Part shown: in pieces, positions 1 to 8,605 of the stretch
How the letters are laid out: every line of letters begins with the position of its first letter
Position numbering within the stretch: position 1 is the first letter of the stretch
DNA from: Candidatus Aminicenantes bacterium
GTDB lineage: Bacteria > Acidobacteriota > Aminicenantia > Aminicenantales > Saccharicenantaceae
Reading direction: 5' to 3'
NCBI GenBank assembly: GCA_963719985.1
Contig: CAVRDU010000005.1
Span: 1,156,432 to 1,220,431 of the forward strand
DNA: 64,000 nt
Notes under the pieces: generated by a model
Seen by the model: only the letters and a program-made list of their open reading frames with translations
Told to the model about the DNA's origin: nothing
The model's database searches: none
Made by a program: the position numbers and the translations under genes

Positions 1-1
1 G

Positions 2-1243
2 CTCGTCGCCGTCTCCTTGGTCGGCCTGGCGGCCAGCCTGTTCGCCGTCGACTACATGGAGCACTACGGGGGCAAGGCCGCCTACCACGCCCTCTACCTG
101 ATCATGATCGCCGGGATGAACGGGCTTCTCCTCTCGACCGACCTCTTCAGCGTCTACCTCTTCCTCGAGGTGGCCGCCGTCGCCTCGTACGCCCTCGTCG
201 CCTTCGGCCTCGGCCACGACGAGCTCGAGGCCGCGTTCAAGTACCTGATGCTCTCGGTCGTCGCCTCGGCGGCGATCCTGGCGGCGATCGCGGTCATCTT
301 CGGCGTGACCGGCAGCCTCGATTTCGCGGCCGTGGCGGCCGCCCTGCCGGAGCTCGACGCGGGCGCGGTCGTGGCCATCGCCTCCGGCCTTTTCCTCATG
401 GGATTCGGGCTCAAGGCGGCCCTCATCCCCTTCCACGCCTGGCTGCCGGACGCGCACCCTTCGGCCCCGGCGCCCATCTCGGCCGTCCTGTCCGGCCTGC
501 TGATCAAGGTCTCCGGCGTTTACGCGCTGGCCCGGATCTTCCTCAACGTCTTCGGCCTCACGCCGGCCCTGTCGGCCGTCCTGATGGTCGTCGGCACGGT
601 GTCGATCGTCGTCGCCGCCTTCCTGGCGCTCGGCCAGAAGGACATCAAGAGGATGCTCGCCTACTCGTCGATCAGCCAGGTCGGCTACGTCGTCCTAGGC
701 ATCGGCCTCGGGACGCCGCTCGGGATCGCCGGCGGCCTCTTCCATCTCTTCAACCACGCCCTGGCCAAGGGGCTGCTGTTCCTGACCAGCGGCTCCGTCC
801 AGCAGGCCACCGGGACGCGCGACCTGGACGAGATGGGCGGGCTGGCCAAGCGCATGCCGGTCACGGCCGCGACGAATCTCGTCGGGGCCCTGTCGATCGC
901 CGGCGTCCCGCCGCTCAACGGCTTCTGGTCCAAGCTCATCATCATCGTGGCCCTCGTCCAGGCCGGGGAGCCCGTGTTCGCCGTGATCGCCGTCCTGGCA
1001 TCGGTCCTGACCCTCTGGTATTACCTCCTCATGCAGCGGAAGGCCTTCTTCGGCAAGCTCGACGAGAAGTGGGCCGCGGTCAAGGAGGCGCCGTTCTGGA
1101 TGACGGCCGCGACCGTCCTCCTGGCCCTCCTCTGCGTGGGGATCGGCATCCTCTTTGCGTCGACCGTCTCGACCTGGATCCAGCCCGCCGCCGACATCCT
1201 CGCGGACGGGGTCCGGGCCGCGGCCGGATCGTGGGGATTTTAG
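2..1243 (+). CDS. Antiporter-like membrane subunit of an Mbh-type group 4 hydrogenase / complex I family (MbhH, NuoL/M/N, MrpD-like); 5' end truncated by the window edge
   Basis: The 408-aa polytopic membrane ORF has the characteristic WLPDAHPSAPAPISAV and SQVGYV motifs of the NuoL/M/N-MrpD family, and the reading frame is open to the window start. It is first in an operon that continues with NuoA/B/C/D/H/I-like genes. Confidence 0.8.
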   Translation, partial: LVAVSLVGLAASLFAVDYMEHYGGKAAYHALYLIMIAGMNGLLLSTDLFSVYLFLEVAAVASYALVAFGLGHDELEAAFKYLMLSVVASAAILAAIAVIFGVTGSLDFAAVAAALPELDAGAVVAIASGLFLMGFGLKAALIPFHAWLPDAHPSAPAPISAVLSGLLIKVSGVYALARIFLNVFGLTPALSAVLMVVGTVSIVVAAFLALGQKDIKRMLAYSSISQVGYVVLGIGLGTPLGIAGGLFHLFNHALAKGLLFLTSGSVQQATGTRDLDEMGGLAKRMPVTAATNLVGALSIAGVPPLNGFWSKLIIIVALVQAGEPVFAVIAVLASVLTLWYYLLMQRKAFFGKLDEKWAAVKEAPFWMTAATVLLALLCVGIGILFASTVSTWIQPAADILADGVRAAAGSWGF

Positions 1244-1246
1244 ACG

Positions 1247-1729
1247 ATGATCGTTCAAACCGCCCTTCTCATCGGTGTCGTGCTCTTCTCCGTCCTGGCC
1301 ATCCTGCTCAAGGACGTGCTCAAGTCGGCCATCTCCCTGGCCGTGTCCAGCCTCCTTCTGGGGATCATCTTCTTCCGGATGGACGCGCCCTACGCGGGTG
1401 TCTTCGAGATCTCCGTCGTCGCCGGGCTGATCACTGTCCTGTTCATCCTGACCATCGCCCTGACCAAGGCCGGCGAGGAGGTCCGCGAGTCCAAGGCCGC
1501 CAACGTGGTCTTCCCGCTCGTTTTCGTGGCCTTCGTCGTCATCGACGCGCTGGTCATGAAGGGCCTGATCGGCAAGGTCCCGGCCCTGGCCGGCGGCGCC
1601 GAGGCCGGGTCGTTCGGCGAAGTCCTCTGGAGGGGCCGGACCTTCGACCTCGTAGGCCAGATCGCGGTCATCCTGGCCGGGGTGTTCGCCGTTCTGGCGC
1701 TATTCCGCAAGAGGGACAAACATGACTAA
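1247..1729 (+). CDS. MrpB/MnhB-like small membrane subunit of the Mbh-type hydrogenase
   Basis: The 160-aa hydrophobic ORF is tightly packed in the operon and is MnhB-domain-like by composition. An RBS lies upstream. Confidence 0.55.
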   Translation: MIVQTALLIGVVLFSVLAILLKDVLKSAISLAVSSLLLGIIFFRMDAPYAGVFEISVVAGLITVLFILTIALTKAGEEVRESKAANVVFPLVFVAFVVIDALVMKGLIGKVPALAGGAEAGSFGEVLWRGRTFDLVGQIAVILAGVFAVLALFRKRDKHD

Positions 1730-2030
1730 TACCTGGTATCTCTACCTGTTCTTCGCGGCCGCCCTCATTTTCGCCGGGCTCCTCGGCCTGCTGGCCCGGC
1801 GCAACCTCATCAAGCTCCTGATCGCCGTCGAGGTCATCGGCAAGGGCATCAGCCTGCTCCTCCTGTCGACCGGCTTCGCCAAGGGCCACATCCTGACAGC
1901 CCAGGCCCTGGTCATCACGTTCATCGTCGTCGAGGTCAGTCTCGTCGCCACGGCGCTGGCCCTGGTCATCAATATCTACCGCCACACGAAGGGCCTGGAC
2001 GTCCGCAAGCTGGCCCACCTGAAAGGGTAA
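1722..2030 (+). CDS. NuoK/MrpC-like membrane subunit (MbhG-like)
   Basis: The 102-aa protein has three TM helices and resembles NADH-quinone oxidoreductase chain 4L (LLIAVEVIGKGISLLLL). Its start overlaps the upstream stop by 8 nt. Confidence 0.6.
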   Translation: MTNTWYLYLFFAAALIFAGLLGLLARRNLIKLLIAVEVIGKGISLLLLSTGFAKGHILTAQALVITFIVVEVSLVATALALVINIYRHTKGLDVRKLAHLKG

Positions 2031-2033
2031 GCC

Positions 2034-2366
2034 ATGAACGGAATCGGCATCCTGCTCTCCCCGCCCGTAGCCTTTCTCTTCTTCCTCGGCGCGGCCTTCG
2101 GCCTTTACGCCCTGGGCCGGGGCATGGCCCCCAAGCTGACCAAGGCCGGCGGGAAGCTCACGACCTACGCCTGCGGCGAGGACATCCCCGGGGTCAAGGT
2201 CCAGTTCGGCTACCGTCTCTTCTTCTTCATCGCTCTCTTCTTCACCATGATGCACGTCGCCGTCCTGGTCATCGCCACCGTGCCGTCCGGCAAGATCGTC
2301 TTCTTCGCCCTGTTCTACCTCGTCATGATCTTCCTGTCCGTCATGGCCCTGGTCACGAGGAGTTAA
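2034..2366 (+). CDS. NuoA-like small membrane subunit (MbhI-like)
   Basis: The 110-aa protein carries a TYACGEDIP motif resembling the NuoA P-Y-E-C-G motif, followed by a FFFIALFFTMMHVAVL helix. Confidence 0.55.
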   Translation: MNGIGILLSPPVAFLFFLGAAFGLYALGRGMAPKLTKAGGKLTTYACGEDIPGVKVQFGYRLFFFIALFFTMMHVAVLVIATVPSGKIVFFALFYLVMIFLSVMALVTRS

Positions 2367-2367
2367 C

Positions 2368-2787
2368 ATGCTCAAAAAGCTCACGCGCTGGTCCAGGATC
2401 AAGTCGCCCTGGATCCTCCACCTCAACTCCGGCGCCTGCAATGCCTGCGACATCGAGATCGTCGCCGCGCTGACGCCGCGTTTCGACGTCGAGCGCTTCG
2501 GCATCCTGCTCAAGGCCACGCCGCGGCACGCCGACGTCATCGTGGCCAGCGGCCCGGTGACCCGCCAGATGAGGGACAGGATCATCCGCATCTACGAGCA
2601 GACGCCCGACCCCAAGTTCGTCATCGCCGTGGGCGCCTGCGCCATGTCCGGCTGCGTCTACCGCGGCGCCTACAACATTCTGGGCGGCATCGACCAGGTC
2701 ATCCCGGTCAACATCTACGTGCCGGGCTGCCCGGCCCGGCCCGACGCCATCGTCGACGGCGTCGTCAAACTTCTGGGAAAACTCTAG
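2368..2787 (+). CDS. [NiFe]-hydrogenase small subunit, NuoB-like (MbhJ-like)
   Basis: The Cys ligands for the proximal 4Fe-4S cluster are present (CNAC, GACAMSGC, VPGCPARP). It is 139 aa with a GAGGAG RBS. Confidence 0.85.
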   Translation: MLKKLTRWSRIKSPWILHLNSGACNACDIEIVAALTPRFDVERFGILLKATPRHADVIVASGPVTRQMRDRIIRIYEQTPDPKFVIAVGACAMSGCVYRGAYNILGGIDQVIPVNIYVPGCPARPDAIVDGVVKLLGKL

Positions 2788-2803
2788 CCATTAAGGAAAT
2801 GTC

Positions 2804-3274
2804 ATGACCGACGCCGAACTCATCGACAAGATCAAGGCCGACCTGGGAGACCGGGTCGAGATCGCCAATCCCGCCCCGCGGCGGCTCTTCCTGAAGGTTT
2901 CGCCGCAGAACCTCGTGGCCGTCACGACGAGGCTCCGGGACGCGTTCGGGGTCGTCTTCCTCTCGACCATCAGCGGGGTAGACCTTGGCGCGACGTTCGA
3001 GATCGTCTACCATTTCTCCACGCCCGAGACGGACTACAACCTCCGGACGGAGATCCCGAGGGACCGTCCCCATGTCGCCAGCATCACGTCCGTCATCCCG
3101 GGCGCCATCCTGTACGAGCGCGAGCTCCAGGACATGTTCGGCATGGTCGTCGACGGCCTCCCCGATCCCCGCCCCCTCGTCCTCCCCGACGACTGGCCGG
3201 CGGGCAACTACCCCCTGCGGAAGGACTGGAAGCACGAGCGGCCCCAGGAAGTCATCCCCGGAGGTAAGTCATGA
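2804..3274 (+). CDS. NuoC-like 30-kDa subunit of the group 4 hydrogenase (MbhK-like)
   Basis: The 156-aa ORF has a NuoC-family fold signature (ERELQDMFG) and sits in operon position between the NuoB- and NuoD-like genes. Confidence 0.8.
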   Translation: MTDAELIDKIKADLGDRVEIANPAPRRLFLKVSPQNLVAVTTRLRDAFGVVFLSTISGVDLGATFEIVYHFSTPETDYNLRTEIPRDRPHVASITSVIPGAILYERELQDMFGMVVDGLPDPRPLVLPDDWPAGNYPLRKDWKHERPQEVIPGGKS

Positions 3275-4476
3275 GTTTCCAGATCCCCATCGGGCCCCAG
3301 CACCCGGCCCTCAAGGAGCCGATCAGCCTGCGCATGACGGTCGAGGGCGAGGTCATCACCGACGTCGACATCCGCCTGGGCTACAACCATCGGGGCGTCG
3401 AGAAGATCGCCGAGGACAGGAACTGGACCCAGAACATCTACCTCGTCGAGCGCATCTGCGGCATCTGCTCCCACTCCCACTCCACCTGCTACGTCCAGGG
3501 CGTCGAGAAGCTCATGGAGCTCGAGCCGCCCAAGCGCGGCATGTACATCCGCTATCTCGTCTCCGAGCTCGAGCGCATCCACAGCCACCTCCTCTGGCTC
3601 GGCGTCGCCGGCCACGAGGCCGGCTTCGACTCCTTCTTCATGTACACCTGGCGGGACCGCGAGATCGTCATGGACCTCCTGGAAATGATCACCGGCAACC
3701 GCGTCCACTACGCCATCAACACGATCGGCGGCGTCCGCCGCGACCTCGACGAAGGCCAGAAGGCCAAGATCCTGGAGGGCATGGCCACGCTGAGGAAGAG
3801 GAGCGAGTACTACTTCCACATCGGCGCGAACGAGCCCAGCTTCGTCGGCCGGATCGCCGGCGTCGGCATCCTGCCCAAGGAGAGGGCCATCGCCCTTTGC
3901 GCCGTCGGCCCGACGGCCCGGGCCTCGGGCTGGCCCCGGGACGTCCGCAAGGAGGATCCCTACGCGGTCTACGACGGAGCTCGAATTCGACGTCGCCACC
4001 GCCGATTCCTGCGACGTCCTCGGCCGCGTCGTCGTCCGGGTCAAGGAGCTCCTGGAGTCCTACAAGCTCTGCGAGCAGATGGTCCGCAACCTCCCGCGCC
4101 GGGGAGATCGCCGTCAAGGCGCCGCGCAAGGCCAAGCCCGGCGAGGTCGTCAGCCGCTACGAAGCCCCCCGCGGCGAGAACATCCACTACATCAAGGCCA
4201 ACGGGACGCGACAAACCCGAGCGGCTCAAGGTCAGGGCCCCGACGCTCGGCAACTACCCGGCTACGGTGGAGATGCTCCGGAAGGGTTTCATCGCCGACA
4301 TCCCGCTCATCTTCGCCGCCATCGACCCCTGCATCTGCTGCGCCGAACGGACCGTGACGCTCGTCGGCGCGCGGACCGGCGAAGAATCCGTCGTCCGGAT
4401 GAGCGACCTGCGCCGGCAGGCGATCGCCCGGCATCAGAACGCCCCCTTGAAAAGGAATGCCGCATGGCCGCTCTGA
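3271..4476 (+). CDS. Group 4 [NiFe]-hydrogenase large subunit (NuoD-like, MbhL-like); the reading frame is interrupted by three +1 indels, likely assembly errors
   Basis: The N-terminal RICGICSHSH motif (RxCGxCxxxH) and the C-terminal DPCICCAER motif (DPCxxCxxR) are both present. The middle of the protein (DELEFDVATADSCDVLGRVVVRVKELLESYKLCEQMVRNLP, then GEIAVKAPRKAKPGEVVSRYEAPRGENIHYIKANG) is only recovered by switching frame 1 to 2 to 3 and back to 1 around 3975, 4100 and 4210. Confidence 0.85.
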   Translation: MSFQIPIGPQHPALKEPISLRMTVEGEVITDVDIRLGYNHRGVEKIAEDRNWTQNIYLVERICGICSHSHSTCYVQGVEKLMELEPPKRGMYIRYLVSELERIHSHLLWLGVAGHEAGFDSFFMYTWRDREIVMDLLEMITGNRVHYAINTIGGVRRDLDEGQKAKILEGMATLRKRSEYYFHIGANEPSFVGRIAGVGILPKERAIALCAVGPTARASGWPRDVRKEDPYAVYDGARIRRRHRRFLRRPRPRRRPGQGAPGVLQALRADGPQPPAPGRSPSRRRARPSPARSSAATKPPAARTSTTSRPTGRDKPERLKVRAPTLGNYPATVEMLRKGFIADIPLIFAAIDPCICCAERTVTLVGARTGEESVVRMSDLRRQAIARHQNAPLKRNAAWPL

Positions 4477-5435
4477 GAACGATCCTTTACCTCGTCGTCT
4501 ATCCCGGGCTGCTGTTCCTTTTCGTCTACTCGACCTTCTGCGAGTGGTTCGACCGCAAGGTCTACGCCCGCCTGCAGAACCGGATGGGGCCGACCCATAC
4601 CGGGCGGTTCGGCCTGCTCCAGCCGATCGCCGATTTCGTCAAGCTCCTGGCCAAGGAGGACGTCGTCCCCGAGGCCGCGGACAAGCGCCTTTTCTCGGTC
4701 CTGCCCGTGGTCGGGCTGGCCGTGGTCATGACGGCCGGTCTCCTCCTCCCCGTCTGGAACTTCGACCTGACCCAGCCGGGCTGGACGTCCTTCTCCGGCG
4801 ACATCATCGTCATCCTGTACCTGCTCAGCCTGCCGACGCTCGTCCTCTTCCTGGCCGCCTGGTCCTCGACCAACCTCTTTTCCACGATCGGCGGCGCCCG
4901 CGTCCTGACCATGCTCTTCGGCTACGAGGTGCCGCTCTTCCTGGCCGTGCTCACCCCGGCCATCCTGGCCGATTCCTGGCGCCTGGCCGAGATCGCGGCC
5001 TTCTATCAGGCCAGGCCGGTCCTCCTCCTGCCGAACCTGCTGGCGTTCGTCATCGCCGTCATCGCCGTCCAGGCCAAGCTCGAGCGGACCCCGTTCGACA
5101 TCCCCCACGCCGAGACGGAGATCGTCGGAGGCACGTTCACGGAATACTCGGGCAAGAAGCTGGCCCTCTTCCGGCTGACCTTCGACATCGAGATGGTCGT
5201 CGCCAGCGGCCTTCTGGCGACCGTTTTCCTCGGCGGCTTCCCCGGCGGGGCGGTCCTGGGCCTCCTCCAGTTCGTCGCCAAGACCCTCTTCATCATCTTC
5301 CTCCTGTCCCTGCTCCGGGCCCTGACGTCGCGGATCCGCGTCGACCAGGTCGTCTCTTTCGCCTGGGGGTACCTGGCCCCGCTGGCGGTCTTCCAGCTTC
5401 TGGCCATCATCCTCCTGAAGGGATTCCTGAAATGA
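4464..5435 (+). CDS. NuoH-like membrane subunit (MbhM-like)
   Basis: The 323-aa polytopic protein matches the NuoH family (GLLQPIADFVKLLAKEDVVP, ERTPFDIPHAETEIVGG). Its ATG at 4464 follows an RBS. Confidence 0.85.
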   Translation: MAALRTILYLVVYPGLLFLFVYSTFCEWFDRKVYARLQNRMGPTHTGRFGLLQPIADFVKLLAKEDVVPEAADKRLFSVLPVVGLAVVMTAGLLLPVWNFDLTQPGWTSFSGDIIVILYLLSLPTLVLFLAAWSSTNLFSTIGGARVLTMLFGYEVPLFLAVLTPAILADSWRLAEIAAFYQARPVLLLPNLLAFVIAVIAVQAKLERTPFDIPHAETEIVGGTFTEYSGKKLALFRLTFDIEMVVASGLLATVFLGGFPGGAVLGLLQFVAKTLFIIFLLSLLRALTSRIRVDQVVSFAWGYLAPLAVFQLLAIILLKGFLK

Positions 5436-5854
5436 AGATCGCCGTCTTTCTCCCCGAGCTCCTCCGCCACCTTTTCAAGAAGCCGGCCACCGTCGACTAT
5501 CCCTTCAAGAAGCTCGAGGTGCCCCCCGACTTCCGCGGGACGCCCTACCTCGACCCCGAGATGTGCATCGTCTGCAAGGCCTGCGAGCGGGACTGCCCGG
5601 CCGAGGCCATCGAGATCACCGACGTCGATCCCGCCGAGAAGCGCTTCAAGATGGTCATCCACAACGACCGCTGCATCCACTGCGCCCAGTGCGTCGATTC
5701 CTGCCCGACGACGCCCAAGGCCATGCGCATGGACAACCTTTTCGAGATCGCGACGGACAGCCGCCACAAGCTCAAGGCCGAGTGGGTGTACGTCCGGGCC
5801 GTGATCAAGCCCAAGGCGCCCGCGCCACCGCCGCCGGTCGCCCCGGCCGCCTGA
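5432..5854 (+). CDS. NuoI-like 2x[4Fe-4S] ferredoxin subunit (MbhN-like)
   Basis: Two CxxCxxCxxxCP motifs are present (CIVCKACERDCP and CIHCAQCVDSCP). The ATG at 5432 overlaps the NuoH-like stop. Confidence 0.85.
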   Translation: MKIAVFLPELLRHLFKKPATVDYPFKKLEVPPDFRGTPYLDPEMCIVCKACERDCPAEAIEITDVDPAEKRFKMVIHNDRCIHCAQCVDSCPTTPKAMRMDNLFEIATDSRHKLKAEWVYVRAVIKPKAPAPPPPVAPAA

Positions 5855-5936
5855 TCGCCTAGCGAATTCCCCTGCCCTTATCCGCCCGCGGATCGAGGGC
5901 TTTCCCCGTTCATCTTCCGGCTCCGCGAGGCCGGCG

Positions 5937-7034
5937 TCAGATCTTCATGGGCATGAGGACGTAGATGTTCGTGATCGCTTCCTCGGCCTCAGGCTTGAGG
6001 AGGACGGCGCTGTTCTCGTCCTTGATCTCGAAAACGACCTTCTCGGAACCGACCGCGGTGAGGAAATCGAGGAGATACTGGGCGTTGAAGCCGATCTCCA
6101 GGTCCTGGCCCTTGTATTCGACCGCCAGGCGGTCGCGGGCCTCTCCGATCTCCGGGTTGGACGAGAAAAGCCTCAGCTTGTTCTTCTCGACCGTGAACTT
6201 GATCCCCTTGGACCGCTCTGCCGACAGGAGCGACACCCGGCGGATGGCCCCGGCGAGCTCCTCTCTTCCGATCGTCAACCGCCCGGGGTTGTCCTTGGGG
6301 ATGACGGCCTGATAATTGGGGAACTTGCTCTCTATGATCCGCGAGATGAGCGTCCGCGGCCCGACCCGGAAGAAGAGGTTGTTCTCGTCGAGATCGAAAG
6401 AGATCGTCTCGTCCTCGAACTTCCTGATCTCGGCCAGGGTCTTCTTGGCGACGATGACGCTCGTCTCCTTGTCGAGCTTCAGGCCGTCCTCGGCTTTGCG
6501 CGTATAGGAGAGCCGGTGCCCGTCGGTGCTGACCAGCTCGATCTGCCTGTTCTTGAGCGACAGGAGCGCCCCGTTGAGATAGTAGCGCTGTTCCTGGGTG
6601 ATCGCGAAAAATACGCGGTCGATCATGTCCTTGAAGGCGGCCAGAGGCAGCTCGATGCCTTTTTCGAACCTGGCGTCCGGCACCTGAGGGTAATCCTCTT
6701 TGGCCAGGCAAAGGACCTTGAACTCGCTTTCGCCGGCCTTGATCTCGATCGTCTCGTCCTTCAGCTCGACCTGGACGGTCTGCCCCTCGGGCAGCGACTT
6801 GACGATCTCGAATATCTTCTTGCCGTTGATCGTTATCGCGCCGGTCCGTTCGATCCCGGCTTCGAGGTGCGTCCTCAGCCCGACCTCGAGGTCCGTCCCC
6901 GTCAGTTCGATGTCCTTCTCGCCGACGTTCATGAGGATATTGGCCAGGATCGGCATCGTGTTCCTCTTCTCGACGATGCCCTGGAGGATCTGGAGCTCGC
7001 TCAGGAACGCTTCTTTCGGTATCGAGAATCTCAT
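5937..7034 (-). CDS. dnaN: DNA polymerase III beta sliding clamp
   Basis: The 365-aa protein has typical DnaN sequence throughout (MRFSIPKEAFLSELQILQGIVEKRNTMPILANILM), with a GAGGTGG RBS 6 nt upstream of the ATG. Confidence 0.95.
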   Translation of the reverse strand: MRFSIPKEAFLSELQILQGIVEKRNTMPILANILMNVGEKDIELTGTDLEVGLRTHLEAGIERTGAITINGKKIFEIVKSLPEGQTVQVELKDETIEIKAGESEFKVLCLAKEDYPQVPDARFEKGIELPLAAFKDMIDRVFFAITQEQRYYLNGALLSLKNRQIELVSTDGHRLSYTRKAEDGLKLDKETSVIVAKKTLAEIRKFEDETISFDLDENNLFFRVGPRTLISRIIESKFPNYQAVIPKDNPGRLTIGREELAGAIRRVSLLSAERSKGIKFTVEKNKLRLFSSNPEIGEARDRLAVEYKGQDLEIGFNAQYLLDFLTAVGSEKVVFEIKDENSAVLLKPEAEEAITNIYVLMPMKI

Positions 7035-7059
7035 AAGACCACCTCTCGCGCCGTTTTCC

Positions 7060-7150
7060 TTGTTCTTCGCTCTTTATTCTTTATTCTTTATTCTTAATAT
7101 TTAATTCAGAATAAGACCTAAATCAAGAAGAGAAATAAGAATGTCCTCTG
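7060..7150. repeat. AT-rich tandem repeat (TTTATTC x3 plus TTAATATTTAAT) in the dnaA-dnaN intergenic region; candidate DNA unwinding element of oriC
   Basis: A roughly 90-bp stretch of below 30% GC sits inside a roughly 70% GC genome. It contains ctttattctttattctttattcttaatatttaattcagaataag, located between the dnaA stop and the dnaN start. Confidence 0.55.
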
Positions 7151-7186
7151 GAAATGTGGGAATCCGCCCGAACTCGTTGATCCGCC

Positions 7187-8530
7187 TCATTGGATGAAGG
7201 CCAGAAGGCTGTTGATCTCTTTGTTGAATTCGGGATCGTCCGTCCTCAATTTCTCTATCTTGCGGATGCTGTGGATCACCGTCGTGTGGTGTTTTCCACC
7301 GAATTTCTTGCCGATCTCCGGGAGAGAGGACTTGGTCAGCTCCTTGGCCAGATACATGGCGATCTGGCGGGGAAAGGCGATCTTGGGGGAATTGTTCTTC
7401 GATTTGAGCTGAGAGGCCTTGATCTTGAACCTGTGACAGATGAGCTTCTGGATCTTTTCCACAGTGACGATGGTCGTCGAGGGGTCCAGAAGCCCCTTGA
7501 GGGCCTCCTTCGTCAAGTCGAGGTCGATGCGCTCCCCCTTGAGCGAGGCGAAGGCGATAACGCGGCGCAAATAGCCTTCGAGCTCGCGGATATTGGTCTG
7601 GACCTTGTCTGCGATATAAAGAGCGACGCTCTCGGGGAGAAGGACGGCCTCGGCTTCGGCCTTCTTCTGGAGGATGGCGATGCGCGTCTCGATGTCCGGG
7701 GGCTTGAGGTCGGCGATCAGGCCCCATTCGAAGCGCGAACGGAAGCGTTCCTCGAGGTGGGGGATCTCCTTTGGTGGGCAATCGCTGGAGATGACGATCT
7801 GCTTCTGGCTGTCGTAAAGATGGTTGAAGGTGTGGAAAAACTCCTCCTTCGTCCGTTCGCGGCCGGAGAGGTAGTGGATATCGTCCATGAGAAGAAGGTC
7901 GACGCTCCGGTATTTCTCCCGGAATTCCAGGATCTTGCCGTACTGGAGGTGATTGACGAGGTCGTTCATGAACTTCTCGGTCGTGACGTAGAGGATCTTG
8001 TTCCGCGGATTCTGCTGGATGGAGAAATGGCCGATGGCGTTCATGAGATGGGTCTTGCCGAGGCCCGCCCCGCCGTAGACGTACAGGGGGTTGTAGGATT
8101 TGGCCGGGTTCTTGGCCACGGCCGAGGCCGCGGCGTGGGCGAATTGATTGCAGCTGCCGACGACGAAGTTCTCGAAAGTGTAATTCGGATTGAGGTTCGG
8201 ATTGACCGCCTGTCCGGGCTTCGTCTTCCTCTCCTCGGGCGACCGCCTCATGAAAGCGGTCGGCGTGTCGTCGTGGATGTAGCGGATGTCGAACGTCTTG
8301 CCGAAGACGTCGCGGGAGCAATCGTTGATGATGTTCGAATAGTGGAACGAGAGCCAGTCGCGGAAGTAGGCGTTCGGGACCTTGACGTACAAGCAGTCCT
8401 GCTCCTGGCCGATGAAGGCCGTCGGATCGAACCAGGTCTCGAAGGAATTGGGATCGACCTTGGTTTCGACCAGCCGGAGGATATCGATCCAAGGGTTTTG
8501 TTTTTCTTTAGGTTCCATGGGAGCCGTCAT
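7187..8530 (-). CDS. dnaA: Chromosomal replication initiator protein DnaA
   Basis: DnaA domain I (NPWIDILRLVETKVDPNSFETWFDP), the AAA+ Walker A motif (GGAGLGKTHL) and a C-terminal DNA-binding domain are all present. The start codon is uncertain (the Met at 8530 or 8518; the ORF is open to 8611). Confidence 0.93.
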   Translation of the reverse strand: MTAPMEPKEKQNPWIDILRLVETKVDPNSFETWFDPTAFIGQEQDCLYVKVPNAYFRDWLSFHYSNIINDCSRDVFGKTFDIRYIHDDTPTAFMRRSPEERKTKPGQAVNPNLNPNYTFENFVVGSCNQFAHAAASAVAKNPAKSYNPLYVYGGAGLGKTHLMNAIGHFSIQQNPRNKILYVTTEKFMNDLVNHLQYGKILEFREKYRSVDLLLMDDIHYLSGRERTKEEFFHTFNHLYDSQKQIVISSDCPPKEIPHLEERFRSRFEWGLIADLKPPDIETRIAILQKKAEAEAVLLPESVALYIADKVQTNIRELEGYLRRVIAFASLKGERIDLDLTKEALKGLLDPSTTIVTVEKIQKLICHRFKIKASQLKSKNNSPKIAFPRQIAMYLAKELTKSSLPEIGKKFGGKHHTTVIHSIRKIEKLRTDDPEFNKEINSLLAFIQ

Positions 8531-8531
8531 T

Positions 8532-8605
8532 TTTTCCACAGAATTTTCCACATCTGTGGAAAATCTCTCCCGGGGGGATGGCAGCCGGAAGAGGCCTGGG
8601 GATAA
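8532..8605. promoter_or_regulatory. Cluster of DnaA-box-like 9-mers upstream of dnaA (oriC / dnaA autoregulatory region)
   Basis: TTTTCCACA occurs at 8532-8540 and 8544-8552, TGTGGAAAA at 8556-8564, and TGGGGATAA (reverse complement TTATCCCCA) at 8597-8605. Each is within one mismatch of TTATCCACA. Confidence 0.6.

Noticed and set aside
2985-5435. 816-aa ORF spanning the NuoC, NuoD and NuoH region
   Set aside because: Only the last 324 codons (from the ATG at 4464) are the NuoH-like protein. The upstream part is an out-of-frame read-through of the hydrogenase large subunit, plus one genuine frame-3 segment caused by indel errors.
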